Shown: positions 25,561-39,768 of the stretch, piece after piece
Numbering within the stretch: the stretch's first letter is position 1
Layout: every line of letters begins with the position of its first letter
NCBI GenBank assembly: GCA_964016885.1
Contig: OZ024740.1
Coordinates: 373,922,001 to 373,986,000 of the forward strand
Length of the DNA: 64,000 nt
Direction of reading: 5' to 3'
From: Eledone cirrhosa
Taxonomy: Eukaryota
The notes under the pieces: model-generated
The model's input: only the letters and a program-made list of their open reading frames with translations
What the model was told of the DNA's origin: nothing
Databases searched by the model: none
Translations under genes and position numbers: made by a program

Positions 25561-26386
25561 TATATATATATACATAAATGGCAATTTCTGTCTGTTTCTT
25601 TGTGAACCTAAAACTCAAAAACTACCAAACCGATCTTGATGAAACTTGACACCTGTGTGGGGCTCATGGCCATTTGATTTCTTACGTATATTTCATTTTA
25701 GTCAAAGGGTTCCCGGGGTTCAGACCCCCACTGACAATCCCCGCTTAATTTTTCCCTTCGATTTATATGAAATCTAAACCATGGGTAAATGACAAGATAT
25801 GATGCCTATTCACATAATTTCAGCAGATTTTAATAATATTATAACACCGGAATGGGGTTAGAGCCCCTATAGTGAAACCTTTGGCCAATAAATGGAACGC
25901 GATTTCACGAACTCCTCCTATGGTTTTGGAGTTATATATATATATTCTGAGACTAGATTGCCCAATGTACTTAGATCAGTATATATCATTTAAATCAAAG
26001 GGTTCCCCGGGGGCACAAAAGCCCCACTGAAAACCCTCGCTGAAAATGTTTTCCCTTCGATTCATATGAAATTTACAACATAGGTAAATGACAAGATATG
26101 GTGCATATTCCCTAAAGTTCAGCAAATTTCAATAATATTAAGACACCCTAATGTAGGTTCTATTTTTTTCCTTATAGCAACACTCGACTTCTCGGACAGA
26201 TATTTTTTTCGGGTGACCAATGCAATAAAAAGTATTTGTTTGTATTATTGTTTCGTAAATAAATTTGTCTTCGCTTTTGCTTATCTGTCCTATATTTCGA
26301 TTTTATTTTTGGTCTGAGAGGCATTGGGCATGTTAATGGAACATGGAATACCACCGCTCCCGGGTATTACCGGGTACCTCAGCTAG
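25561..26386 (+). mobile_element. Non-autonomous Helitron-like element with an internal tandem duplication
   Basis: 3' hairpin CCCGG-gtatta-CCGGG followed by CTAG|T at 26383-26387. Internal repeat ~25700-25860 / ~25995-26155. The 5' end merges into (TA)n. Confidence 0.7.
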
Positions 26387-26481
26387 TATATATATAAATA
26401 GATATATAGTATGCTGTATTATGAATGTGCGAAAACACACAAACGCAAACACTGACACACATACATGTGTCAGTGTCTGTA

Positions 26482-26586
<105 letters not shown>

Positions 26587-26983
26587 GGGGTGCGTGTGTG
26601 TGTGTGAGGGTGTATTTGTGTGTGAATAGAAATTTCGTATGTCTAAAGAAACACGGTATATTTACAGGTAAACATTTAGAAAACCGTTGCTATGCAAAGA
26701 GCACTGGGACTAACGTTCAATCATCTGGCAGGAAGGTATATAGTGCAGACGATAGCTAATACGCTTGAACCTAGTACATCGTTCCTTTTTCACTGTTGAA
26801 CAAAAGAGCAAGGATGGTTGCTAAACACTGTACGGCTTAATTCGGGATGTTTGTTTACAAACACACCGAGCATTATAATAAATGTTCGATAAATCCATAC
26901 GTACATATATATATATGTGCATGTATGTATATATATACATACTACTGTACGTCTATATACATATATGTATGTACGTATACATA

Positions 26984-27032
<49 letters not shown>

Positions 27033-27401
27033 AGAGGTGGAACGGTATTTGGCCTCTAACATATAGAAAGGTAAATTTTATATGTATAGAGAGAGCAATA
27101 TATTTTTGTAGATAAATATTTTTAAAGACGGAAATTGAGCTGGATACAGTTTTAATAAATATTTGTGGAGAAATAAACTTACAAGTTAGTGTCTTTTTGT
27201 ACAATGTGTGCCTTACTAGTTACTTTAAACTGAAAATAGTATGAAATATGTAATTAAAGTTTTGTTATATATCAATACAAAATGATTATTTAGTTATCTG
27301 TTTTGTGACACACAAATATTTAAGTATTTTAGTCTCATGAGTGTATTGTTACGCACAAAGATATAGAAAAGAACTCATCCAAACCAAAACATATACACAC
27401 T

Positions 27402-27477
<76 letters not shown>

Positions 27478-27487
27478 TGTGTCTGAA

Positions 27488-27655
27488 AGGTCGATCGACT
27501 TTCGTCAAATCGGACAGAGGAAGCATTGTTTCCGTTGGTCTTTCCAATTGCCAATACTATCAATCGGTCGTAACACTAGGTAGAAGGAGCAACGTAAAAT
27601 AATGTGTCTTGGTCAAAAACATAACGCATCGCCCGGTCCAGGAATCGAACTGCCA
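27488..27655 (-). mobile_element. tRNA-derived SINE fragment
   Basis: The reverse complement carries B-box GTTCGATTCC. Homologous to 41337-41535. Confidence 0.7.
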
Positions 27656-28049
27656 TTAACATTGTACTGCCCAATATATATATATATACATATATATAAT
27701 GTTAATATACGAGTCTCTGTGTGCAGTATAATGTTAATCGAATTCGCATGCATTAAAAGCCGACACATAGAACAGATTACAATGGTTTTTAATAATTTAG
27801 TTATTAAATACACTAATATTAAAGGCGCTAAAGAAATCGCTAATGATGTACCAAAGCGCAGTCGTTTGTCAAAAATAGAAAAACATGGAATAGCGAACAA
27901 GAACCTGATAATTGTAAATCATCGGAAGAAGAGATATTAATCTCGAAATATCAGGACATATGAATAAATTAAGTAAAAATAACAAAATCAAACGGTTTCT
28001 TACGATCTAATCACTCCCCGTCGAAACCCGCGTGGCTTTCATATTTCAA

Positions 28050-28135
<86 letters not shown>

Positions 28136-28380
28136 TCTCTATCTATATATCCCTCTATCTCTCTCTCCCTCTCTCTATGTCTCTCTATATCTCTCTCTCA
28201 CACTCATATATATATATATATATATATATACATAAGTTTGTTTTGAAATATAGCGATCGAGTTTGGAATAGAGATAGAAGCTTTCGCCGTATTTCTTTAC
28301 GAGAGAACTTTTAGTCGGAAAGTGGCGTTGTTAGGATCCTTTAAGAAATGGAAAAAGATGAGTATTGACGACGTACTCAC

Positions 28381-28513
28381 CCCTTTTCCCGCAGCACACT
28401 GTTGCAGATCAATAAGATTTAAGTGCAATAAAGTTAGCATCGTTCCCTCCAGTGCAGCAGGCAATTTTGTCATAACACAAGACAACAAATTGACAAAAAT
28501 ACGATGTAGTTCT
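28381..28513 (-). CDS. Host gene internal exon (unidentified protein)
   Basis: attttag| ... AAAGGG|gtgagt; 133 nt; open frame ELHRIFVNLLSCVMTKLPAALEGTMLTLLHLNLIDLQQCAAGKG; phase-compatible with exon 33367-33395. Confidence 0.65.
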
Positions 28514-28849
28514 CTAAAATATATGTACATAATAATATAAAAGATACACATAAAACGGAAGGTGCGTTCTTGTATATAATCATATTAACTTTCTTGTGGA
28601 TAATTATTCTTAACTTCCCGTAGAAATGTCTGTAATTCCCAAATACACAGCTGCGTCTCGTCTCATGTTAGCAGTCATCCGTGTAAATAACCCAACTTCA
28701 TTTGTCCGTTATTGCATGCGAACCACTCACATTCTTTCTTACTTCTCGTCTCGCGTTAGCTTTAGATAATGGATCCCCTGATTCACACCATCAGGTTTCA
28801 CAATGCCTCGTTCTTAGTAATTGATTCTCTGCTAAGGACAGCGCAGAGA

Positions 28850-30137
28850 TGCCTATCACACTATATTCCTTTTGCAAGCTACCTTAACACACCGCATGCA
28901 TCCCAATATTCATATCTGACACTCTACCTAAATTAATTGTAAATATCCATATAATATCTATATGATATACTCAGACTAATGCATCATTACAATTATCAAT
29001 TACTATTTTCACACAAAATCATATCACTACGACCACCCATCAAAAAAAGGACCTCCAGTTAAACAGGGAGGTAACAGTTTCAAATGCTTCCATTTCTTAG
29101 CATTCAACGTAAAATGTGTCCGTTGAACAATCAGTGTCTTGAACGCAACATCATATACAAATGTACTATCGAATCGGATAGCCAGAAATGGTACTATGTG
29201 GGGTCTACCACCTAGACATCGTTACTCGATAAAACATGAAAACCAGCGTTATGTAACAACACTCGCAGACAAGGCTTGTCAGCTGCGCGAAAATAACCAA
29301 CAATTTAACCTAAAATGGTATTTAATAGCGTCTGCCCCTCCATATCCCACGGACAGGAATTTTGTAAATTGTGTAATATGGAATTATTTTGTATTATGAA
29401 ATCCAAAAATATTTTATTAAATAACAGAATAGAGCGGTCGTTATACTGTAACCATCGCTTGAAATCTACATTTTTATATTACAAACACTACCAGGATTGA
29501 ACGCCAGGCTCCATCTCCGTTTGATTGTCAAAATACATATCAACATTCTCTATTAGTCTTAATTCTATCAACTCTTCTATTATTTACCATTTAATATAAA
29601 CTGCTATAGATAAAATGAGATTTCTTAATTCAATTCCCTAATGCATATACCAGCAAGCTACCAGCATTGTTGTTATTCAGTAGCAGTCGAAATCTCCCTC
29701 TTCCTTAATTGACACTTTATAATTAATACTACTACACCAAACGACCAGCCCTGTCCATTGTTCAATTGGTCAAGTATAGATTAAAATTGGCACTCCACAA
29801 AATTCTTATTTAGATAAAATAAACCATATACTCATTGTATTCTTATTAGCAACACTTTATATACTTGTTTACCAGTAAATAGAATTGCCATATACTATCC
29901 CTTCTCTTCTTACTTTATTACAACTAATATAAATACTTCAATTTTTCTGATTTTTTCCAGTTTATCCAATATCTCTGAAGAAGTGACAACTGATTATACA
30001 TTTGCTATCGAATACATGCTAACATTATATGATTACGCAAGCAGCGATACATAGGTATGCCGTCTGTTACAGAAACATATGTCAATACCTAATACATTCC
30101 TTTTTAAAAAAAAGCACTTTCATTTAATGTTCATCTT

Positions 30138-30140
<3 letters not shown>
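28850..30140 (+). mobile_element. Hydra-clade-type PLE 3' remnant (GIY-YIG endonuclease + pLTR)
   Basis: CPLNNQCLERNIIYKCTI...YYVGSTT...TTLA...LKW.LIASA...CKLCNME...LLNNRIE...CNHR across frameshifts (about 29110-29500). CUGAAGA...GAAA-CAUAUG-UC hammerhead remnant at 29975-30083. Ends in (TA)n. Confidence 0.8.
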
Positions 30141-30175
<35 letters not shown>

Positions 30176-30280
30176 AAGATGAACATTAAATGAAAGTGCT
30201 TTTTTTTTAAAAAGGAATGTATTAGGTATTGACATATGTTTCTGTAACAGACGGCATACCTATGTATCGCTGCTTGCGTA

Positions 30281-30282
<2 letters not shown>
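30032..30282. repeat. Near-perfect palindrome centred on (TA)n
   Basis: Arms 30032-30140 and 30173-30282 differ only in one homopolymer length. Confidence 0.95.
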
Positions 30283-30336
<54 letters not shown>

Positions 30337-30886
30337 GTGAGAGAGTGAGAGGGAGAGAGAATTAGAAAATGTGAAGTAGATTCATATATTAAAGTCATTT
30401 ATTGATAAGGCTGTGATACATATTCCAACGATGACAGTGGCCACGCGATTCAGCGTACCACGTACCATGATCCCAACAGACAGCTTCGTATATAATAAGG
30501 TTACGTTCTCGAGGCAATCCAAGTTAAAACCACAAAGTAACGGACACATTTCATGTTCTTGAAGGCTTCCACTGTTCCCCTGAGAGCCATAATTCTCCTC
30601 CACAGCAGCTTTGCGCAGGCACAAATGTAAAGGCAGTAGAGAATCTAACTACCAACCAAAACCCGACAAACTAGCCTTTCCAAACAACACCCTCACACAA
30701 TATCCCCCATCCCGGCCGGTAAGGTGGCACGATCACAGGTATCACACCAGCCAAGTTATAGTTTACTACCAGTCTAACAGCAGCCGACCGAAACATTGTG
30801 ATGTTTCAATACTTCCTCTAATATAGAATTCACCATCACCCGGGAAGAGAATTAAAACTTTATATATATATATATATATATACTTT

Positions 30887-30919
30887 CTGATGATTTCTCC
30901 CGAATGAAACATTTCTGTA
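30887..30919 (+). ncRNA. Isolated hammerhead core fragment (family A type) between (TA)n tracts
   Basis: CUGAUGA-uUUC uccc GAAu-GAAA-CA uuuc UG-UA. Stem I is missing. Confidence 0.5.
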
Positions 30920-30977
30920 TTAAATATATATATATATATATAGGAGAAGCAGTTGTATGTTTGTATATATATGTATG

Positions 30978-31055
<78 letters not shown>

Positions 31056-31624
31056 GATATACATAAATACACATATACATGCATGTGCATATATTTTCGT
31101 GTGTATGTGTTAACACTTCCTTTGCGTTATTTTATGATTTATATATCATGTGGAGAAGATTGAAACGAAACAACTAATAAATAAATTAGTTCCAAATCCC
31201 TGTTGTAGAGTCTGTAATAAGATTTGCTACATATTTTTCACCATCTCATTATCAGGGAAGGTTTCTAAGATTAACTTATAAATTATATAGGAAACAGACC
31301 TTAATGCGAAATAAAATTGGTCGGTAGTAAGCAAATATTTGTCTGACTGCTTCACGCAATATCGAAACTCGTAGTTGGATAAATATACATGAAATGCAGG
31401 AGAATGAAATCTGATGAACAGGAAATTAACTGTTCTGTAAAAAGAATTTGTTCCACTCACAAAGAATTAATGTTGCAATAGTATAATTAAAGTTTGTATA
31501 TATATATATATATATAGGTATGTGTGTGCGTGTCTGTGTGTATATGTGTATGTGTGTGTGTGTATTTAAATATATACATAGAGATCTTCAAATATATGTC
31601 TATATATATAAATATATATATATT

Positions 31625-31687
<63 letters not shown>

Positions 31688-31729
31688 TTAGAGATAAAGT
31701 GAAAGAGGTTGAAAGAGCTGTTGATTTAC

Positions 31730-31776
<47 letters not shown>

Positions 31777-31991
31777 CGGAGTCATGTGTTTGCCTATATA
31801 TATATACATTTGAGATCTACAAAATTGGATTGCTATACTCATGCTATCAACATCTACCTCATGAAAACCTTTAAAGATATGAGGCAAGTTGGTAATATCT
31901 TGGCACTTAAGCGTAATAATAATAATCACTTAATTTCCAAGATAAGAAAACGTAAATTATATATGTATTGCAATAGAGGAACTAATGCACT

Positions 31992-32178
<187 letters not shown>

Positions 32179-32432
32179 GAGTGTATGTCTCTGTGTGTGT
32201 GTGTGGGGGGGGGGGGGGGTATGTGTGTTTATGTGTGAGTGTGCGTGCGTGTGCGTGTGTGTGTACCAGCCGTCACTACGGAGATTACATTGCCCAGGGG
32301 ACGGCGTGTGAGAAGCGGTATGAAAGCCACATTAACTCGCGGACAATTATTTATGAATTAAAGGTAAATTAGTCTGTAATACCCATATATAGAGATTTTC
32401 TCATTTAAATTTAATATAATATAATATAATAC

Positions 32433-32485
<53 letters not shown>

Positions 32486-33089
32486 TCTTTTGTGTCTCTG
32501 TGTGTGTCTAAATGTGTTGGTGTTTGTGCGTGAGTGTATGTGTGTGTGTGGCTGTATCTGCCAAGTCATGGTGTAATATGTAAATTGATAGTTCCAAATA
32601 TATTGCTGAAATAATATATTAATGCCGAGAAAAATATTTAAAATATTTCGTTTCACATAATATTTGCCATACCAATATTCTGATAAATGCAGCGTTAAGA
32701 TATTTAGTTTTAATGTAAATTTCATTCCTGAAAAATCTGTAAGGGTTTACTTGCAGAAATATAGTTCATGCACAAAGCACGATATGTTTTGAATATAATG
32801 CACGGTCGTACTTTACAAAATTTAACTTTACAATACATCATTATGGTCAAGATTTGATGGATAGATATTTGTAAATTATATATTTATAAACTACTGGGTG
32901 GATATATACAAAACAATTCTGACTGAATGTTAATTAACACATATTTTCTATCGGAATTCATTTAAGATGATTAATTCGTTTAGAAATAATCGATTGAATG
33001 AAATCAAATATTTAGCATTCAATACTAAAGGTAATTTCTCTCTAAGCCTCTGTACGCTTTCTGAAGCAAGGAGGATGATCTGGCTGCTG

Positions 33090-33265
33090 CTTATTTGGGG
33101 AATGCGACGGAGAGTACAATACACCCCATGGACAGGATGTCAGTCCATCGCAGGGTTAAACCCACAACTACTGCTAGTAGTGCAACGTGAAATTAGGTGC
33201 TTTGCCCAAGAACCCATTCTAACAGTCGAAACCACGACATTCTGATGGTATGTCCAACACCGTTA
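33090..33265 (-). mobile_element. Degenerate tRNA-SINE
   Basis: The reverse complement has gtcgtggtttcgact...ttcttgggcaaagcacct (B-box-like element plus SINE core). Confidence 0.5.
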
Positions 33266-33366
33266 CTACTAGATCACGCGTATCCACGGAATATGCTGGA
33301 AGCAAATTGAATATAATACTATTCACAGTTACACTGGTACTTATAGTTGGGCCAATGAAGTCTAAC

Positions 33367-33395
33367 CGTCCGTGCGTCACGAACCAACATAATTC
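33367..33395 (-). CDS. Host gene micro-exon (29 nt)
   Basis: tttttgcag|GAA TTA TGT TGG TTC GTG ACG CAC GGA CG|gttaga encodes ELCWFVTHG(R). It bridges phase 0 to phase 2 between the neighbouring exons. The donor was chosen for phase fit. Confidence 0.5.
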
Positions 33396-34504
33396 CTGCA
33401 AAAACTCAAATTGATTTTAGCAAAGGCATCTGTTCGACAACAGTTTGTGTTACTTTGATGATTTGTTGAAAATAATGACTTCAATAAAATTTGTTTTTAG
33501 TAGAGTTATATAGCAAATGTGTTGATAAATATTCGCAAACACTCTGACACTCAATCGGGCACGCCCTTAGACACACACACACACAAACACACGCATATAT
33601 ATGTGTTTGTGTGCGTGTGCGTTGTGAACATTGGCATATATGTACGTGCATGCATATAATTATATGTATATAACTAGTTATATTCTTTGATGTTTCTTTG
33701 ATACCAACCAACATATATATACATTTTTCTCTTGTAATATTGTTCCGTTATATACATACCTACATAGATACGCCACACACACAAATAAATAAATATATAT
33801 ATATAAGTTACATCTACAATAATATTCTTACACACACAGTATTGTTACGATTTTGCATCCAAACGTATGTAGAACACATAGAGAAACGAACAGACACGCG
33901 CAAACACACACACACACGTGTGTATGTATTTACTTATGTATATATATATTTATATATAAATATATATATATATATAATATATATATTTATATATATTTGC
34001 ATATATATGTACATATATACGTGTGTTTCTATGTATGCATACCTGTGTATGTATAATTGTATGTGTACGCACGTTTTAGATTTCCGCATAACAGATGTTT
34101 TTTAGAATTAAACAACATACTCTACTTACTTTCTATTACCTATTTCATCCATATATATATCTGAGTTTAATCAAGATGCAAGACTACTGACAAAGAAAAA
34201 TGATTTATTGAAAAATTGAATTATAAGAATAATTAATTCTGAGTTAAAATGATGGACTACTTAAATTGGCCCATAGCCACATACATATAAATAAATGCTT
34301 TAGCTGATATGATAAAGGTATCTTTGGAGAGGGCAGTAAACTTCAAGTTCTGAGTAAAAGCAACGTTTGAAATGAATAACAAGATATTCTTCTGCGTTTA
34401 TTTGCACAGATTTCTCCATTTACTCACATATGTATTGACTTGATTCTTTACAAATCTTTATAACTGACTAAAACGAAAAGAAATGTATTACCACAAATCT
34501 TCAC

Positions 34505-34548
34505 CTTTGCCAATTCTGGTACTGCTACGAATGGAGAATATTTATGAG
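34505..34548 (-). CDS. Host gene micro-exon (44 nt)
   Basis: ttaatctag| (A)HKYSPFVAVPELAK |gtgaag; phase 1 in, phase 0 out. Confidence 0.5.
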
Positions 34549-35225
34549 CTAGATTAAATATATTCGATATATCATTATGTATGTGTAACAATAAACGAAT
34601 AAGAATTAAATCACTGTTTATGTTATTAAATTCAACAATATCTCTTGAGTGACATTCTCTATATTTAAGAAATTTCAATTTTGAACTCATGCAGCACAGC
34701 ATGAATTAATACAGGTTTCATGCGCAGGAAATATGTTAGTAAAATAGCATTGGTATTTGTGTACCGAAGAAGCGTAAACATCGGAAATTTCCTCACCTCT
34801 ATAACACTTGATCGTATCGACCGAAATAAATGTATTTAGTCTATTGTTCTATTGTATGTCATGCTACTGCCGAGAAAACACGTAACTATTTTCATCGGAT
34901 TTCAGATATTCCGTAAATATATCTCCGTATAGATTCTAACATGGTGGTTTAAGTTTTCCTTATTCTTCTTTTTTATCACAATCATCTTCATTTAATCAGA
35001 TTACTTAATGAGTATTGTGATTTACTAAACATATGATTCCATTTCCAACGTGAAGGGGCACTCGAAGTATTTGGTCGGAAAAAACTACAGTTCTACTTTA
35101 TTGAAATATCCAACTGTAAATGATATTTATCTCGTGAAACTATCCGTTATTTCAACATACCTAAACAATGTTTCGGTTTAGGCTTTCCGAGGATACTCTC
35201 GATGGATTGCATGATCTACTCTTCA

Positions 35226-35257
<32 letters not shown>

Positions 35258-35259
<2 letters not shown>

Positions 35260-35420
35260 CAAAGAGGATGTGGTAAGATACCAGGTGGACGATATCGCTC
35301 CAGAGTACTCAATAGTTAATGGTAGTAGAATGTGTAATAGGAAAAGAAGCCAGGTCCCCGACGGGCGGATCTAGCTGTCGAAACGGTCGGCGCTCAGCCG
35401 TCGGGGTCGTGACTTCTTTT
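35258..35420. mobile_element. Miniature inverted pLTR fragment (family K)
   Basis: Family K tail followed by ccccgacgg...ccgtcgggg inverted ends. Homologous to 39740-39862 and 56437-56632. Confidence 0.7.
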
Positions 35421-35429
35421 CCCGTATGT

Positions 35430-35511
<82 letters not shown>

Positions 35512-35566
35512 TTGCGAATGTTTTTGATATGGAAACGTTTGTCGAAATATGACCCGCCCCTAGTAT

Positions 35567-35749
<183 letters not shown>

Positions 35750-36487
35750 AAGTAAAGAAATTCAAACACACACCACACACACACACACACACACGCACAC
35801 ACACACAAGCACACAAATAAACATACATTTCTTTACTTTCTTTATTCAATAGAAAATCTGAATTCTGACACCCCACCGAACTAACCATATTCACTGAACC
35901 AGAACAATTCTCCCATCCCATTTCTCTTGACCATTATCTTTCACTTATCATAAAATTCTTTAAAAAGGCTACAGAATGGATTTCCAAATAAGGTCGCGAA
36001 AATTTAATGAAAACTTGTTCACGTGACAGCCATAATTTCATTTATAACCAACCAAAAAAAAGCCTTCGTGAGCCCCTTTTTTCAAGTAAAAAGAAATTCA
36101 AACATTCATATATGAAAAAACAACCTGTGACAAACGCCCCCTCTTATTTGAAGAACTATTGTAACGTGAACTGGCGCGAAATTTATTATAATTATTGACC
36201 AACCAATCAAATTAAATCTCGAAAAACCTGGCATTTCGAGCCACTTTTTCCATATAAAACAAGTAACATTCAGAGACCAACCAGATGTGAGAAAAACCAG
36301 AGACCCTCCAGCTCAACTCTACATTTGAAAAGCAGAAGAACTGCTAAACCTGTAAAGGAACCAAATATGTATATATTTTTTTTTAAAATAAGACTCCAGG
36401 TGCATTTTCGATTTCATCTCTTTTTCTTTATACTTTCACTCGTGTAGGACAGCTCGGTTATTTTCCAATTTGTAAAAAAAACCTCAC

Positions 36488-36553
<66 letters not shown>

Positions 36554-36560
36554 TTATATC

Positions 36561-36591
<31 letters not shown>

Positions 36592-36614
36592 GTATATCTA
36601 TATATATATATATA

Positions 36615-36666
<52 letters not shown>

Positions 36667-37089
36667 AGAGAGAGAGAAAAAAAACAGGGCAACGTACGAA
36701 AACAAAATGAAAAACAATTCTTTAGAAATGTTGTTTTATATAAATATACAAACGAATGACACAATGCCTCATGTCATTGGCCGTTGGGATGGGTGTAAGC
36801 AGTCTCGACACCTACCGACGGTACTGCTCGTTCCTCCATGGTCACACCGTTTTGCATAAGCCAAACGATGTACGAGTACCAAAGGAAAGACAAACATTAA
36901 TGTATAACCGGTAAGCAATAGAAGAACAAACATATTTGTGTGACGTTAGATTATGCCTCTTAGAGCACGTGAAACATGAATGAAATAAATAAAGAAAAAA
37001 AGAAAGAAAGAAACAATAATTATACAGATTCATATACAAATGAGATTAATCACCTCATTTACACAGACGAGATAACTATATATTCTCAC

Positions 37090-37199
37090 CTGTTTTCAAA
37101 GGTCTAGCAGTTGTAGAGCGGGATGGATCACCCAGATGAGAACCAATTAAGTTTGAAATGCATTGACGATAGTCCCCTTTTTCCTTCTGCTTGACACGG
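37090..37199 (-). CDS. Host gene internal exon (110 nt)
   Basis: tttctaaag| RVKQKEKGDYRQCISNLIGSHLGDPSRSTTARPLKT ...CAG|gtgaga; phase 1 out, matching exon 34505-34548. Confidence 0.55.
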
Positions 37200-37254
37200 C
37201 TTTAGAAATGTGTATTTATAAACATTACGTATTTCTTTATAAATACGAAATTCC

Positions 37255-37322
<68 letters not shown>

Positions 37323-37334
37323 GGAATAAGTATG

Positions 37335-37430
37335 ACCCCGACGGCACAGCTCAAGCCGTTTAGAGAGCTATTTCTGGACTAAATAAGAATGTTTAGCCTG
37401 GTAAATAAATAGCCGAACTTCTCAGGGGGT
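37335..37430 (-). ncRNA. Hammerhead-like fold, family K (CUGAGAA core; GAAA changed to UAAA)
   Basis: ACCCC-CUGAGAA-long stem II-UAAA-CGGC uugagcugu GCCG-UC-GGGGU. Confidence 0.6.
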
Positions 37431-37764
37431 ATTTCTTTATATGGGAAGATAGTAATTGTCAAGAGGATTAGTCACAAATTTGTTGTAAAGACGGATAAAT
37501 CTATCATGGCATTTGATGGGAGGTAGGGGTGGCTGAACTTGCTGGTAGAACAAAGGGGGAGTGGGGGAAACCCATTGAAGCGTTGAAAGTGAATTCTATA
37601 CACCAGATTCTAAGGATAGTGTATAAAAGGTCGAAAAAAGTGTACAGGAGGAGAGGGGGGGGTGAAAGAAGGGGTAAATCGAAATGGATTTTTTTAAAAA
37701 CACCCACTAATATGCTTCTACCGGGACTGGGGATTTAAAAAAACCCAACAAACGTCCCTAACCC

Positions 37765-38730
37765 GAGTAAACTTCCTGGATCGTACCATTAACCTCGACA
37801 ATGATCTGTACTACCCATACAGGAAAACAAACGACAACCTGCATTAGAACCACCGCCGCTCGAACCATCCTGGAAACATTACCAATGACCTGCTTAAAAA
37901 CATCTCCCTCCGCATATCTCGTTTGTACGCTAATGAGCAGATATCGACGAACATGCGCCTTATTCAATCAGGCACTCAAGCGGAATGGCTTCCGGGTGGA
38001 AATATTCTATTATCGAGCTTCCATTAGCGGAACCAGCAGGCGACACCGCCGCTCACGCAACAATTACGTGGTTCAATCCTCCCATAAAACCGAGGTGACA
38101 ACACCTATCGGGAAATCTTCTTAGGCTCCTCGAAAACCACTTTCCACAACAACAGCGCTACCATAACATAATCAACAAAAAACACATCAAACTCTCCTAC
38201 AGCACCACACCTAACTTCGCACAAAACATCGTCTTGTCTAACAACAAAAAACTCTACCACTATGGAAGAAATAACTTAGACACCAGTGGAGAGACGGTCA
38301 GGAGGTGCAACTGGCCTGATAGATCCATGTTCCCCCTCAACAACAGATGCCGAGATCGTAATGTGATCTACCAGTGCAGCGTGAGGATGGACACCTCCTA
38401 CAAAGCTTATATAGGATTAACCGCTTGTGACTTTAAGACCCAGCTCTACCAACACCCACATACTTTCCGAAACCCGGCCCCGTGACATGCCACTACACTT
38501 TCGGGCCACATCTGGGACCTCAAAGATAATAATATAACCTACAATCTCACTTGGACCTTACTGTCCAGTGCTAACTCTTACACGTGAGGACGCCGTGCGT
38601 GTAACTTATGTTCGGAGGAAACATTACAAATGCTGCTTTCGAAGGACCAACTCCTAAACAAGAAAGACAAACTGGTAACCACATGCAAACACAGATTGCG
38701 TAGGACTTACCTCGCCCTCAAATACCATAA
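37765..38730 (+). pseudogene. PLE RT thumb + GIY-YIG endonuclease remnant
   Basis: VNFLD...YYPYRK...SNHP...WFNPP...HFP...IKLSYSTTPN...RCN...PLNNRC...VIYQC...YIGLT...FK...TTLSGHIWDLK...W...CNLC...LLNKK...CKHR, with stops and frameshifts. Confidence 0.88.
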
Positions 38731-39672
38731 TGGCGGCGGGGGGTAGACAAGGGCTGATACCCCACACTTGCCGATTTAGTAAGGGGTAACCCCTGCACAA
38801 AAGGTAGACGTAACTTGTTTATCTTTTCCTCTATGTTTCCTTCTTCCCCCTTCTCATCCTAGTCCGTCCACCCCAGATCTCCTTCCTCATCCTTTTTTCA
38901 CCTTTCGCCTACCGCGATGCAGCCCATCGGGCCTCTGTGGCCTCAGTACCCCCTCCCGCCTATTTTTAAGATAGAATTGGCCGATTACGCTTTTTATAGC
39001 TGATGTGTTAGACCCCAGTAATTATTTTTCTTTCTGGTTGCTGCACGATTTCCTTGATTTGTAAATTTCTTAGTGGTATTTTTGTATTAGTATTTTTGTA
39101 TTAGTATTTTTGTAGTAGTATTTTAGTATTATTGTTCTCAACTTATTAACCTGTCATTGTAAGATACCATTGGCTGATTACTAACTATCTATAACAGCGC
39201 TGTTAGACCGCCCTGTAAAGCCGGCTTTATGAAATCTTTCACTACAATCTCGTATTTAGTATTTTTCCAATTCTCCACCTATTCCAATGTTCTATAGCTT
39301 AGGAATACCAATGAGAGATTTAGTGATTGGAGAAATGGAGTAGTAACCATAAATGGTTTTTATATATTTATTTCCTTATTTTTACATGGGTTCTTTTTTA
39401 AATCCCTTTCGATTTACCTATTCTTCCCCCCCCCCCCCCATCAACTCCTCTTCTCCAGTACACTTTGTTCGTCCTTTTATACACTATCCTTAGAATCTGC
39501 TGTATAGATTTCACTTTCAACTTTTCACTGGGTTCCCCCCACTTCCTCGTTGCTCTACCGGCATGTTCAGCCACCCCTACCTCCCACCAAATGCCATGAT
39601 AGATTTATCCGTCTTTACAACAAATTTTTGACCAATCCTCTTGACAATTACTATCTTCCCATATAAGGAAAT

Positions 39673-39768
39673 ACCCGCTGAGAAGTTCGGCTATTTATTT
39701 ACCAGGCTAAACATTCTTATTTAGTCCAAAAATAGCCGTCGAAATGACTTCAGCTCTGCCGTCAGGGT
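39673..39768 (+). ncRNA. Hammerhead-like fold, family K (CUGAGAA core)
   Basis: ACCC(g)-CUGAGAA-GuuCGGCUA...UAGCCGuC-GAAA-ugac...GCCG-UC-(a)GGGU. Confidence 0.6.

Noticed and set aside
30382-30826. GC-richer segment with short ORFs on both strands
   Set aside because: No recognisable motifs or convincing splice-site pair; probably a decayed repeat.
35870-36200. Possible further GIY-YIG fossil
   Set aside because: Only faint residue-level resemblance, not enough to support a call.
38480-38590. In-frame TGA codons in the PLE endonuclease as selenocysteine (as in some Naiad PLEs)
   Set aside because: The TGAs are not at conserved Cys positions and fit CGA-to-TGA CpG decay. The element also has frameshifts and a C-terminal EN.
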